From Octopus vulgaris (Eukaryota): DNA of 64,000 nt. Shown here one piece after another: positions 1-45,502 of the stretch. Each line of letters begins with the position of its first letter. The first letter of the stretch is position 1. The notes under the pieces are model-generated. The model ran no database searches. It saw nothing but the letters and a program-made list of their open reading frames with translations, and was not told the DNA's origin. The stretch lies in contig OX597819.1 in the NCBI GenBank assembly GCA_951406725.2, positions 15,190,001 through 15,254,000 of the forward strand, given 5' to 3'. The translations under genes and the position numbers were made by a program.

Positions 1-61
1 GCACATATGTACATGTATATATGTGTGTGTGTATATATATACACATATATATATATATGTA

Positions 62-92
<31 letters not shown>

Positions 93-680
93 GAGTGAGT
101 TTGACAAACGATAGACGGGCACTCAACCGATTTATTGGGAGTTACAATGTATGGATCAAAGCAGTGTTAGTCATCAGTCATTTTGAATTTGAATCATATT
201 CAAAACGGCTGAAGACTAGCATCACACTTGAAACTCAAGAGTAGCAATGAACATACATATGTGTGTGTATAGATGTTTGTATGTATATATATATGAGAAA
301 ATAGATAGGTTATCAATAAATTATTATTTATTAATTACAAAATTGTCAAATTTTTAATTGATAGATAGTAATTTATTAAATTATCTCTATATTCTCATTT
401 TATTATAATAAATAAATATATGTAAACCACTGTTTATATAGTCACCCAGCAGTTGAGTATTAACTGTAATGTTCAACATTCTTTGTAAAGGTCACTAACC
501 AGTACTTTCATAGGATTTTACTATTCCTGAATGAGGTTTGTAACCTTTATTTGTGCTTATATATATATATGTGTGGAGCTATATCTGTAGTAAATAGGAA
601 TACGTGGTCTTTGGCTGCTATTTCTAAATTTTCGGTATGTGGCTAAGCAACGTGTTACTTAACCCTAATTATATATACAC

Positions 681-729
<49 letters not shown>

Positions 730-1239
730 TAAAAAGAATTCCAACCTTGTCTGATTTTCACGTTTTATTTACAATCTTATAATGATATCCCTCTCTCTCT
801 CTTTCGGAGAGGCACAAGCACCTACACGCACATATACACACACGGCAGTAACTTCCACCTACCGAATTCAATCACAAAGCTCCGGTCAGCTCGGGGCTAT
901 AGTGAAAGACACCTACCCAAAGTGCCACGCAGTGGGACTGAACCCGAAACCATATAGCTAGGAAGCAAGCTATATTATAAGATAATATATTATAATTGAA
1001 TAAAATAAAATGAAATAGTAGAATGTTAAATATTCATTCTGATTGAACTAGTACTTTCATGCATTGAATTCTGCAATCTTCGGGTTCATGTAGTAGTGTT
1101 GACAGTCATGCTTCACAATTTTTGACTGTAGCAAGATGAGTGATTCTGTGCTATAAATACAGCTGGGTAGGCTCGAGAGTGCTAGGTTTTGCAAACTGTA
1201 TTCTGACCAATCAGTGTGTAGTATCACTCAATTACAATA

Positions 1240-2286
1240 TACCTAGACGACTGTTTCATAATCTGGACAGAATCTCTAAATACTCTGGAAGAGTTCAATA
1301 TCCTCCTGAACAACCTACACCCATCTCTCAAATTTACAAAGGAGATGAGTAGTACCAAATTACCATTCCTGGATATAATGGTAATTAAAAAAGACACCAC
1401 CATCACCACAGATATATACTATAAACACACAGACACACATCAATACCTAAATTTTAAGTCGTGCCATCCACCACATACAAAACGTAACATCCCATACTGC
1501 CTAGCCAGAAGAATTTGTACTATTGTAGAAGATGCAAATATCAGGAACAAACGCCTAATAGAACTAAGAGAATTTTTGCTCAAACAAAAATACCCATCTC
1601 TACTTATAGAAAATGGCATACAGCGGGCTATAAAAATACCTATACAACAACTTAGGACAACCCAAGGAAGAGGAAAACAAGAACAAGTCATACCATTCAT
1701 AGTGACACACAACCCATGTCACCAGAATATCTTCAACATTGCCAAAGCAAACCTACCAATCATTGCCCAAAGTAATGAATTAAAAGACATAATCAAGGAT
1801 CGAGCTATGGTGCTTAGTAAAAGACAGCCTAAAAACTTGAAAACATTACTAACAAAGGCAAAATTTGACCTCAGCAACAAAGACCAAACATTCACGGTAT
1901 CTAAATGCAATGATAGCCGATGTGGCACATGCCAATTCATACATACCGGTCAATATATAAACACAAAAACCGGGAAAATATTCACAAACGCGAATATGAA
2001 CTGCAAAAGCAGAAATTTAATTTACTGCATCAAATGCCCAAATTGTGAAGAAATATATGTAGGTCAGACGGGAAACGCACTATTAGAACGCTCACGTGTA
2101 CACCGGCAACAGATTAGAGACCCAGAGGTCCGTCAGATACCTTTGAGTAACCACCTAGCAACATGTGGTCGGAAAATATATATAATATTTCCATTCTACA
2201 AATTACACAGCCCAAGTGAAATCGAGAGGAAAATCAGAGAAAAGAATTTTATTGATAAATTCGAACCCAAGCTAAATAAGCAATAA
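1240..2286 (+). CDS. PLE polyprotein C-terminal part: RT motif YLDD, thumb, Cys linker, GIY-YIG endonuclease (5'-truncated)
   Basis: In-frame YLDDCFIIW at 1240 upstream of the 1345 ATG; LPFLD, YYKHT, YLNFKSCHP; CNDSRCGTC linker; LIYCIKCPNC..YVGQT..H..H..E GIY-YIG pattern. Confidence 0.92.
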   Translation, partial: YLDDCFIIWTESLNTLEEFNILLNNLHPSLKFTKEMSSTKLPFLDIMVIKKDTTITTDIYYKHTDTHQYLNFKSCHPPHTKRNIPYCLARRICTIVEDANIRNKRLIELREFLLKQKYPSLLIENGIQRAIKIPIQQLRTTQGRGKQEQVIPFIVTHNPCHQNIFNIAKANLPIIAQSNELKDIIKDRAMVLSKRQPKNLKTLLTKAKFDLSNKDQTFTVSKCNDSRCGTCQFIHTGQYINTKTGKIFTNANMNCKSRNLIYCIKCPNCEEIYVGQTGNALLERSRVHRQQIRDPEVRQIPLSNHLATCGRKIYIIFPFYKLHSPSEIERKIREKNFIDKFEPKLNKQ

Positions 2287-2780
2287 TAATAATACTTAGA
2301 GGTATTACTTCCACTGCTACGACCATGACCACTAACAACAACAACAATACTAAAGGTGATCAAGACGAAGATAGCAGGAAAATTATCTTATTTAGGGTTA
2401 AAAGTTCTATTGCCACCACCATCACCACTAGCAACAATAATTAAGGTGCTGACAATGATGATGATGACAATTGAAATATAAAAATATAAAAATCTCTGAC
2501 AAAGGATATTTACAACATTTCTAAAAATAACCCAACAATTGCTGCTTCGGCCAGGGTCAAGATACAGGACTCTTGACCTGTCCAACAAAGCGTGATGCCT
2601 AAACCAATCAGCTCAACCAACCAATCAGCTTAAGTAATTGAGTGATACTACACACTGATTGGTCAGAATACAGTTTGCAAAACCTAGCACTCTCGAGCCT
2701 ACCCAGCTGTATTTATAGCACAGAATCACTCATCTTGCTACAGTCAAAAATTGTGAAGCATGACTGTCAACACTACTACA

Positions 2781-2825
2781 TGAACCCGAAGATTGCAGAA
2801 TTCAATGCATGAAAGTACTAGTTCA
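2781..2825 (+). ncRNA. Minimal hammerhead ribozyme in the PLE pLTR (core variant CCGAAGA); inverted copy at 1044-1088
   Basis: Stem I tgaac/gttca; ccgaaga; stem II tgca-gaattcaa-tgca; GAAA gtac TA with palindromic agtact. Confidence 0.72.
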
Positions 2826-2987
2826 ATCAGAATGAATATTTAACATTCTACTATTTCATTTTATTTTATTCAATTATAATATATTATCTTATAATATATC
2901 ATTATAAGATTGTAAATAAAACGTGAAAATCAGACAAGGTTGGAATTCTTTTTATTAATATATTCTTCTATACACAATCACACACAC

Positions 2988-3068
<81 letters not shown>

Positions 3069-4603
3069 AGAGTGACTGTGTGGTAAAAAGTTTGTTTCCC
3101 AACCACATGGTTCTGGGTTCAATCCCACTGCATGGCACCTTGAGCATGCACCTTCTACTATTGACCCATGTCAATCAAAGCCTTGCTAGTGGTTTTGGTA
3201 GGTGGGAATCCCATTGTGTGTGCATATGTATATTTTTGCATGTGTGTATGTGTTACTGTGTCCTTGCTTTGACATTGTCATACAAGTGGCGTCCTTCATT
3301 GGAAATATCCTGTGGAATCGTGTCTGGCCATACAAGAATATTATGTTGCTTGGAAACGAGGGAAAGGTTGGAAGCAGGAAGGGCATCCGACCAGGCAAAA
3401 ATCAGCCTCAACAACTTCCATCTGATCCATGCAAGCTTGGGAAAGTGGACATTAAGATGTCAATGATGATGTATAGTTATGCAAGTAGCTTGCTTCTCAC
3501 CCACATGGTTCCAGGTTCAGTCCCGCTTCGTGGCACCTTGGGCAAGTGTCTTCTACTATAGCTTCCAGCCAACCAAAGCCTTGTGAGTGGATTTGGTAGA
3601 CGGAAACTGAAATAAGCACCACTTCAATCAAGTGGAAAGTGTAGAAGTGGTTTCAAATTTTGGCACAAGGCCAGCAATTTCAGGTGAAAGGGTAAGTCAA
3701 TTACATCGACCCCAGTGCTCAGCTGGTACTTTATTTTATCAACTCCAAAAGGATGAAAGGTAAATTCGACCATTGAAGAATTTGAGTGACAAGTGTAACA
3801 TCAATATTCACACACATTCACACACACACACACACATGACAAGCTTGCTACAGTTTCCATCAACCAAATTCATTCACAAAGCATTGGTCAGCCTGGGACT
3901 AGACACATGCCCAAGGTGCCTTGCAGTGAGATTGAACCTAAGATCATGTGATTGCAAAGGGAACAAAAAGATTACTGTTAACTTATATACATTAAAGTAG
4001 AAATAACTGTTTCAAATTTTGGCACAAATTTTGGGGTCCGTTGATTACACCGACCTCCAGTGCATAACTGGTACTTGTTTTATTGTCCCTCAAAGGATGA
4101 AAGATAATGTGAACCTCAACGGAATTTGAACTCAGAACATAAAGAGCCAAAAGAGATAGCCCCAGACATTCAGTCCAATGTTCAAACAATTCTACCAACT
4201 CACCACCTTAATAAGATCAACAACAACACCGCCAATCACACAACACATACAAGCCACAAACACCACACAACAAATTAAACATACACCACATTATACATCC
4301 ACCACACAACACATGAAACACGAAAACAACATCACAAACAAACCAAACCAAACCAAATCAAACCCAACAATAATGCAAAACTGATACAATTTACTAAGAC
4401 AGATCTAAAAACACATAACTGTGTATGGTGGGGCAGTAGAAAATGTCCAAAACAACAACAACAACAACAGTAATAATAATAATAATAATAATCCTTTATA
4501 CTGAAATTTGGCAGAGGGACCAGTTGATTACATCAACCTCCGTGTGTAACTGGTACTTAATTTATCAACCCAGAAAGGATGAAATTCAAAGTTGACCTCA
4601 GCG

Positions 4604-4638
<35 letters not shown>

Positions 4639-4803
4639 TTAACAACAACAACAACAACAACACAACAACAATCCTTTCTACTGGAGGCACAAGTCCTCAA
4701 ATTGGATGGGAGGGGACCAGTCAATTACATTGACCCCCCCAGTGTTTCACTGGTACTTAATTTATTAATCCCCAAAAGGATGAAAGACAAAGTTGACCTT
4801 GGC

Positions 4804-4854
<51 letters not shown>

Positions 4855-4934
4855 GTAATAATAATAATAATCCTTTCTGCTATAGTCACAAGGTCTGAAA
4901 TTTGGGGGGAAGGGACAAGTCGATTACATTGACC

Positions 4935-4970
<36 letters not shown>

Positions 4971-5347
4971 ATCTCACCAAATAGAATATATAAATAACCA
5001 CAGCATTATTTATCACAATTATTTCTTTGCAGTTATCATTCCAACCATACTTCATCTTTACTATGTGTACCTCAGTTTTAGAATAGACCCACCATACCCT
5101 TGTATGCTGCGCAAGAGAAGGGTCCAAGACAACAAGGACTTCTGACTGAAAAAAACACTTCCTCAAGAGAGCAACAGGAGGGATTAAGATTAATTCTCTA
5201 TCATGGAGCCCCACAATATTAACCTCCTTTTTAACAGGAAAATAAGTCCCAAATCGTTTGATGCATTATAAATATTTGATGAAAATGGTTTTAAAACATT
5301 TGATGTGTTATATAATATTCAATGAAAATCAAGCAGGTAATAAATTA

Positions 5348-6212
5348 CCGTATTTTAACATGTATAAAGAACCCTTTTTTTTTTTTTTGTCAAAAATTAG
5401 GTTAAAAAAAATATGGGAGTTTCTTATACATGGATAGTATTATAGATAATGAATTACTTAATTCCTTGAACCTCACACTTCCATGACTTACAACATCACA
5501 AGCCTCCGGCCAACATCCAACAGGTTGCGACGTCCTAATGGATGAGTTACTCTGCGTTCGTCAAGCAATGGCATGTGCATAAAGCGGCCATCACGAATGG
5601 CATTCATCTACCAAACAGTACCTACTCGTGCTCACTGAGACTATTAAATCTGTATTTTTGTATTCCATAGAGTGGAGGCGCAATGGCCCAGTGGTTAGGG
5701 CAGCGGACTCGCGGTCATAGGATTGCGGTTTCGATTCCCAGACCGGGCGTTGTGAGTGTTTATTGAGCGAAAACACCTAAAGCTCCACGAGGCTCCGACA
5801 GGGATGGTGGTGATCCCTGCTGTACTCTTTCACCACAACTTTCTCTCACTCTTACTTCCTGTTTCTGTTGTACCTGTATTTCAAAGGGTACACGTGTCTG
5901 CGGAGTGCTCAACCACTTACACGTTAATTTCACGAGCAGGCTGTTCCGTTGATCGGATCAACCGGAACCCTCGTCGTCGTAACCGACGGAATGCTTCCAT
6001 CCCATTCCATAGAAGGCCCTTTCTTTCTTATTACATCCACAGTCTCTCATCTATCTTTCTCAGTCTCTCTTTCTCTCCCCACACAAAAATGAAACACATT
6101 ACCTGATAAATGCAGGTGCACTTACCAAAATTTACCTAATCCCTTACAAAACATTTTTTCAAAATTTTAAGCCCTAAAAATTAAGGGGTTCCTTATCCAC
6201 GTTAAAATACAG
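5348..6212. mobile_element. Tc1/mariner-superfamily (pogo/Tc2-like) non-autonomous element with a nested SINE
   Basis: TA|ccgtattttaacatgtataaagaaccc versus reverse complement ta|ctgtattttaacgtggataaggaaccc. Confidence 0.65.
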
Positions 6213-7216
6213 TATTTACTGTAACTTATAATTTAATAATTTATAATATATAATTTAATAAATTATTTAATATAATATATAGTTGCATATATCATTCTGT
6301 ACATCTTAATGTGGAATAATTTAACATATCATTAAATCCTTAAATGGCAGAAAATGGTTGCATAAATGTATGTGCGAAATGGGCAAAAACCAAAAAAAAT
6401 ATCCCTTTTTATACTTATTTTCACTTTGAAAATTTATAATAATACATAGCCGCTCACAAAAACTATAATGATAGTTAGCCTCTCACTCAATAAAATTTAC
6501 AATCTCACTATTGAAAATGTGCCATAAAATATTCACTTTTTTCTGATGATGGCTCTCGCCATGTCACATTTTTTAAACCTAAATTGAAGATGTCTGTTGT
6601 TTAAGGGTTAACATATTTGATATATTATTTAATGATATATTTGATGAAAATCCAAACCATGTTGTAATTTGTTGTCGCAATCCGTCCCAACAGTCCCTTT
6701 GCAGAAATAAAATAAAGCAGATAGCAAGATGACATTATGTCCAACGAATTGAAAGACAACACTAAGGTCTTACAGAAAGAAGCAAAACAAAAATAAAAGA
6801 AACATACTAAATATTTTCTTTGCTGTGGAAATATCTTAAAAAACAAAACAGGGAAGGTATTCTATACACTTCCAGATCCTAGCCCTTAATATAAAGCAAA
6901 CGCATTAGGATATTGTCTTCTTTAAAAATGCACAAAAAATTTACAGGGACATCTTGTTTAGCCTTTTTGATACGAACCCACCTGAAACCACCTCTGGGCT
7001 CTGTAGTATAAATGTCTTGTTTTCAAAAGTTCTGAATTAAAATCTTCCACCAAACCTTAGTCACAATTTATGTTCTTAACACTAGCTTAATAATTACTAA
7101 ATAATTTTACTAAATTCTTTGTTATATTTAAAATTAACTGAAAGAAACACAGAGCATCTCAACAGAAATATGGTAACGAAAAGGTTAAAAGAGTTCTAGG
7201 CAAATTATCAATCATA

Positions 7217-7277
<61 letters not shown>

Positions 7278-7590
7278 TCACAATCTGACTCATTCACACA
7301 CATTATTGTTAAAATTTCTGCTTCTTGAATGGAAATGAATTCCATTTTTCTCATAATTCTTTCTTTCTTTTTTTATTGCTTTTCTTTTATTTATTTTTTA
7401 TATTGTTTGCTTTTTGTTTTTATACTTCAAGAATATTCTGAGCTGCAGCTTCAAATTTACAAACAAAAAAAAAAACGACAGACCGCTGCCATTTCAACAC
7501 CCTCCCCCCTTCTCCACTTCCCTTGAAAAAAAAATAAGAAGGAGAAAAAAACCATAATGTGAGGAGGTGAGGTCAGAGGAGACGGAGGAG

Positions 7591-39189
<31,599 letters not shown>

Positions 39190-40148
39190 CACTTTTTACT
39201 GAACCCTGAAAAAAATTTGAAAAATATAAAATTAAAAGAACCAGAGAAAACATTTTATTTATTTATTTCTGATCAAGTCATAGGCACAGGAGTGGCTGTG
39301 TGGTAAGTAGCTTGCTTACCAACCACATGGTTCTGGGTTCAGTCCCACTGCATGGCACCTTGGGCAAGTGTCTTCTACTATAGCTTTGAGCCGACCAAAG
39401 CCTTCTGAGTGGATTTGGTAGACGGAAACTGAAAGAAGCCCATCGTATATATGTATACATATATATATATATACAGATATATGTGTGTGTGTGTGTGTAA
39501 GTATATGTTTGTGTGTCTGTGTTTGTCCTCCAACATCGCTTGGCAACTGATGCTGGTGTATTTACGTCCCCGTCACTTAGCGGTTCGGCAAAAAGAGACC
39601 GATAGAATAAATATTGGGCTTACAAAGAATAAGTCCTGGGGTCGATTTGTTCAATTAAAGGCAGTGCTCCAGCATGGCCACAGTCTGAAACAATGACTGA
39701 AACAAGTAAAAGAGTAAGTTAATAGAATATCATATGTCTAACCGAAAGATTCAGTGATCCATACTGAATTGATAAACAGTTGCCCTGCAAAACAGGGATG
39801 GCACAAAATAATTAACACTATAACGTCGGTTGATGTAAATTTGAATCAGATGAGGAAAATATATGCAGCCCTATCTGCTGTGGTTATTGTACCTGTTTGC
39901 GTCCTGGTTGACACAACTATACACTATCACTTACGGAACTGATAATAGAGGTCACCCTGTGCAAATTTCAAGGAATCTGTTAGGTTTGTTAGACTCTTCA
40001 CGTAGGCATGTATTTGACTCATACATACACACAAGCATGTATCTGACTCATACATTGTTCGCTTTCCAAACATTTTTACATTACTGCATGTACTTTATAT
40101 GCACTTTCTGACAAGTTGTGGTGCACCTGAGCACTGTATACAATAATT

Positions 40149-40182
<34 letters not shown>

Positions 40183-40978
40183 ATATTTCTAACTCAGTTT
40201 GAGACTTCATCACCATAATAGTATAAAAGCAGCAAGGTGGTGAGCTGGCAGAATCGTTAGCACGCCAGGTGAAATGCTCGGAGGTATTTCATCTGCCGTT
40301 ACGTTCTGAGTTCAAATTCCACCGAGGTTGACTTTGCCTTTCATCCTTTCGGGGTCGATAAATTAAGTACCAGTTACACACTGGGGGGTCGATGTAATCG
40401 ACTTAATACCTATGTCTGTCCTTGTTTGTCCTCTCTGTTTAGCCCCTTGTGGGTAATAAAGAAATAGGTATTTCCTCTGCTGCTATGTTCTGAGTTCAAA
40501 TTCCACTGAGGTCGACTTTGCCTTTCATCCTTTCGGGGTCGATAAATTAAGTACCAGTTATGCACTGGAGTCAATGTAATTGATTTAATCCATTTGTTTG
40601 TCCCCTTTATGTTTAGCCCCTTGTGGGCAATAAATAAATAAGTATAAAAGCAGCAGTTTTGGCAGTTACACCACCATTTCCACTATGACTTCCTATCAAA
40701 TTCACATTCAGCAAATTCTTCTGGTCCTTCACAGAAATCAGTCACATCCAGCCACGCCAGTTTCGTTGAATTTACGGTCCTCACAGTGATGACAGTTTAC
40801 ATAAAAAAAGGCGCAGGAGCGGCTGTGTGGTAAGTAGCTTGCTTACGAACCACATGGTTCTGGGTTCATTTCCACTGCAAGGCACCTTGGGCAAGTGTTT
40901 TCTACTATAGCCTCGGGCTGGTGAAAGCCTTGTGAGTGGATTTGGTAGACAGAAATTGAAGGAAGCCCGTCATATATA

Positions 40979-41043
<65 letters not shown>

Positions 41044-41869
41044 GTGTATGTGTGTGTATATATATACATATATGTGTGTGGTGCATGTGTGTGTATATAT
41101 ATACATATATGTGTGTGGTGCATGTGTGTGACTGTATATGTTTGTGTCTGTGTTTGTCTCCCCACCATCGTAAATTAGTGGTTCAAAAAATGTGACCGAT
41201 GGAATAAGTACTAGGCTTACAAAAAGAATAAGTCCTGGGGTTGATTTGCTCGACTAAAGGTGGTGCTCCAGCATGGCCACAGTCAAATGACTGAAACAAC
41301 TAAAAGAGTGCATGTAATTATACACTGAACCATTGCCATGCACTAATTGCTGATCTCAGCCAAGATTATAACTGTCAGTGCAACCTAATTGCCTGATAAA
41401 AACTTTTGTCATGGGGTTAATAAATGAATTATTCTTCTCTTTCATAATTCAGCTCCCTGTGTAAAACACAGTTCGTTGATATATTCCTTACAAATTCTCC
41501 AGTTTTAATGGTTTCTAACAGATTCCAGTTCTTTCCATCTTTTCCATGGTTCTCTAGCTTCATTTAAGCCTTTAGTATTTAAACCGGCCATATCCGGCCA
41601 AAATAGTTGATCTGTTTTATGTTCAAACTGACCAGATCCAGGTTCTCACACCTACCCTACAATGTTATTCTACATTAAGTAATTACACCATCAAGATCTT
41701 GAAGATATGAGATAATGCATGATTAATTCAAATCAATGGGAATCAACAGGCATTATGTTTGATAGAATAATCTGAACACTAAAGGGTTAAAGAAACAGGC
41801 CCTTAGACTTTTAGGGCAAAAAGCTTCATCTAAGGGCAATCACCTTTGTTGCCATCGATAGTAATAGCT

Positions 41870-41985
41870 TACCTGAACTTTCCACAACCCATTCTTAGAC
41901 TGGCTACTATAGTTTTGAAGTAACCGTCTCCCTTGCTAATAACATCTCCTAGGTTACAAATGCAATGGCCTACTTCTAGCGAGCC
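41870..41985 (-). mobile_element. Degenerate RTE RT remnant
   Basis: LEV...LGDVISKGDG...RMGCGKFR resembles the RTE segment at 62.3-62.4 kb. Confidence 0.5.
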
Positions 41986-42472
41986 AGCCAGGTATGTAAA
42001 GTAACCTATTTCTGGTGTGTTTATAGTGTGTACCGCTCTAGTACATCTATCACATACAAGCTTGCATTTTCCATTAGCCAGCATGTTGTTTCACAACTAT
42101 TATGTGCTTGTAGCTTGCGACTAGATGATATGATAATTTAATATAGTTTGTCTAAAAGGTGTGATAGCCATGGTTGGGAACACTTCACTCAATAGTCTTA
42201 TGATCAATATCGATCATAGTTCTACCGATCAGGACTGACCTGGGGCTAAACAATAATAAATAACATGTTTACTCTTTTACTTGTTTCAGTCATTTGACTG
42301 CGGCCATGCTGGAGCACTGCCACTAGTCGCGCAAATCGACCCCGGGACTTATTCTTTGTAAGCCCAGTACTTATTCTATCGGTCTCTTTTGCCAAACCGC
42401 TAAGTGACGGGAACGTAAACACACCGGCATCGGTTGTCAAGCAATGCTAGGGGGACAAACACAGACACACAA

Positions 42473-42519
<47 letters not shown>

Positions 42520-43065
42520 CGACAGGCTTCTTTTAGTTTCCATCTACCAAATCCACTCACAAGGCATTGGTCGGCCCGGGGCTATAGCAGAAGACACTTG
42601 CCCAAGATGCCACGCAGTGGGACTGAACCCGGAACCATGTGGTTGGTTAGCAAGCTACTTACCACACAGCCACTCCTGCGCCTTGTGAATTGTTTGTGTG
42701 AATTTAATATTATTTATGGAGAGTCATGCTTAGAGAGCCCAATTCCAAGACATCCTAAACTGAAGTAAAAATCATCATCATCATCATCATTGCCGTCATC
42801 ATCATCGTTTACTATCCACTTTTCCATGTTTGCATGGGTCAGATGGAAATTATTGAGGCATATTTTCCATGGCCGGATGCTTCTCCTGTTGCCAACCCTC
42901 ATCTGTTTCCAGGTAACTAATATTCCCCCACGGACAGACACTGTGTCGCAGAAGATTGGAAATGAGTGAAACTGCATGTATGAAGGTGATACTTAATTTA
43001 CAACTATCGCACAATGTGAAGACAGGGACATACGCATACATATGTGTGAATGTATATGTGTATTG

Positions 43066-43740
43066 CAGTGGGGAGGTTGCTCCGAGAGTGTAGCGGCTAG
43101 AATAAGAAAAGCCTGGGTAAACTTCAAGGAGCTCCTACCTCTGCCGGCAACTAAGGGCCTCTCACTCAGGAATGAGGACAGCTGTGTGAGGAAGTGCCAC
43201 TCCTTAATTGTGGAAGGAACCTGTGGAAGAGGTAGACCCAGGAAGACATGAGATGAGGTGGTGAAGCATGACTTTTGCACATTGGGCCTCACAGAGGCAA
43301 TGACAGGAGACCAAGACCTTTGGAGATATGCTGTGATTGAGAAGACCCAGCAACTAAAGTGAGACTGCAGCCATGCATGTCTGGCCCAGTTAAGGGTACC
43401 CCTGAAGCATTGGGCGATATGATATGCTTGGGTCAAGTAAAACCAATATGTGGCCAGTGCCCCCTGACTGGGTCCTGTGCCAGTAGTACGTAAAAAGCAC
43501 TAACCGAACGTGATCGATTCCAGGCCTACCTGACTGGCACCTGTGCTGGTGGCACATAAAAAGCACCCACTATGCTCTTGGAGTGGATGGTATTAGGAAG
43601 AGCATCCAGCTGTAGAAACACTGCCAGATCAGACTGGAGCCTGGTGCAGCCTTCTGGCTTCCCAGATCCCCGGTTGAACTGTCCAACCCATGCTAGCATG
43701 GAGAACGGACATTAAACGATGATGCTAATGTTGTTAAACG
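43066..43740 (+). mobile_element. RTE-clade LINE 3' fragment with internal deletion plus 3' UTR
   Basis: GGCSESVAARIRKAWVNFKELLP...GRGRPRKT; same tail as 61233-61750. Confidence 0.8.
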
Positions 43741-44721
43741 ATGATGCTAATGTTGTTAAACATGACAACAAACATTAAGGCAAGGCAAACACCTCAAGTC
43801 ATATACAATATTATTACTGGAAAAAATTCAAAGTCTTAGAGCTGTTTTGGGGATATCTCCAAGTATGGGAAATTCCATCATCAGAGACAATATCTTTGGT
43901 AATATGTTAAACTGTCATATGTCCAAATTTGGCCAAACGTGTTTTTTTCAATACTTATTTTTGCTTACAATAACCAGTTCTTTTGCTCATACTATCGTAT
44001 CTCCAGCTGCTTCAGATGACAAGATATCAAAAATTGTCAAAGAGAAATGGTTGAAGTCAGAAAAGGAGGTAATTATTGGAAATAGTGTGGGCAGAGATGA
44101 TAATGAGAAACAGAAGTTATTCTAGGGAGGGGAGTATGTTTTATCATCATCATCATCATCATCATCATTGCTTAATGTCTGACTTCCATGCTGGCATGGG
44201 TGGGACGGTTTGACAGCCACTGGCCAAGCAGAAGCCTGCACCAGACTTCTGTGACTGTTTTGGCAGGATTTTTACAGCTGGATGCCCTTCCTAACATCAA
44301 CCATTCAGCAGAGTGGACTTGGTGCTTTTTATGTGGCACCAGCCCAGGCAAGGTCAGTTTAGCAAGGTTTTTACAGCTTGATGATCTTCTGAACACCAAC
44401 CACTTTACAGTGTGGACTGGGTGCTTTTTAAGTGGCACCTGCACTGACAGGGTCACCGAGTATCTTGCAAGACAAAAAAACCTTTTGGGAGGGGAGGGGG
44501 CATTGGAGGAGGTGATCTTGTGTCAAATGACGAAAGGTTATAGTGAAACAGAGAGACAGAAACAGGTGCCTTGATGTAGAGGAGGTACGAGAGAGAGAGA
44601 GAGAGATCAGGAATGAAGACAGTAACAAATGCACTGCCACAAAGGAAATACATGGTTACTCAACCTGAGGGAAGTGTAGGGGAAGGAGTGAGAGAGTGAG
44701 AAACAGCAGAATATATATATA

Positions 44722-45119
44722 CTAGCAGTATCACCCGGCGTTGCTCGGGTTTGTAAGGGAAATAACTATATAAGCATTTTTAGAGATGTAAAGTATAATA
44801 GCCATCTCAATATGACTAACCACAAAGGAGGGGGGGTGTTACTGTAGCCTTTTACGTTCTGAGATTTAATAATAAATTTATAGAGAGTTACTTCCCTTAT
44901 ATATGCCAAAAATGCATTAAAAATGGGGAAAATTGATGGTAAATTTTTTTTAAATCGTAGACTCATCGTAGACGTGCGCTAGTACCCAGAAGGGCTTGAT
45001 ATGAATCACGACTATAAGATACCCGGTTTTGGTTAAACTGCACCGCAAAATGTGGGAGTAGTTAGGAATCTAAATCGTAGGAGACAGACAGCACACAACC
45101 TCTCTTTTATATATAAAGA
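44722..45119 (-). mobile_element. Non-autonomous Helitron (same family)
   Basis: A|TC...CTAG|T ends, same hairpin and body. Confidence 0.88.
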
Positions 45120-45441
45120 TATATATGCATATATATATATAGCAAAGAAAAGAAATGAAGCAAGAATTCACATTGAGAAGCTGACCATTGGTATTAAAAT
45201 GTCATTATTTAATTGTAGTTCGGAAAATGACTTTTTAATACCAATGATCAACTTCTCATTGTTAGTTATTGCTCCATTTCTTTTCTTTTCTATATTTATT
45301 AAACCACAGTTTCATTTTCAAATTACCTACTACTATATACCTTATAGCTAGGAATTTACATAGTAAGGTAATACACCAGAAGTGTTTATGGATACATCAT
45401 CTATCCCTTAGATGGTTGCATAACCTCTAACTTATATTTTG

Positions 45442-45502
<61 letters not shown>

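Larger units (their letters stand above)
722..2962 (+). mobile_element. Penelope-like retroelement (Neptune-type), 5'-truncated, with an inverted pLTR copy at its 5' end, embedded in (TA)n
   Basis: 722-788 and 971-1235 are the reverse complement of 2634-2962; coding region between; (TA)n on both flanks. Confidence 0.92.
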
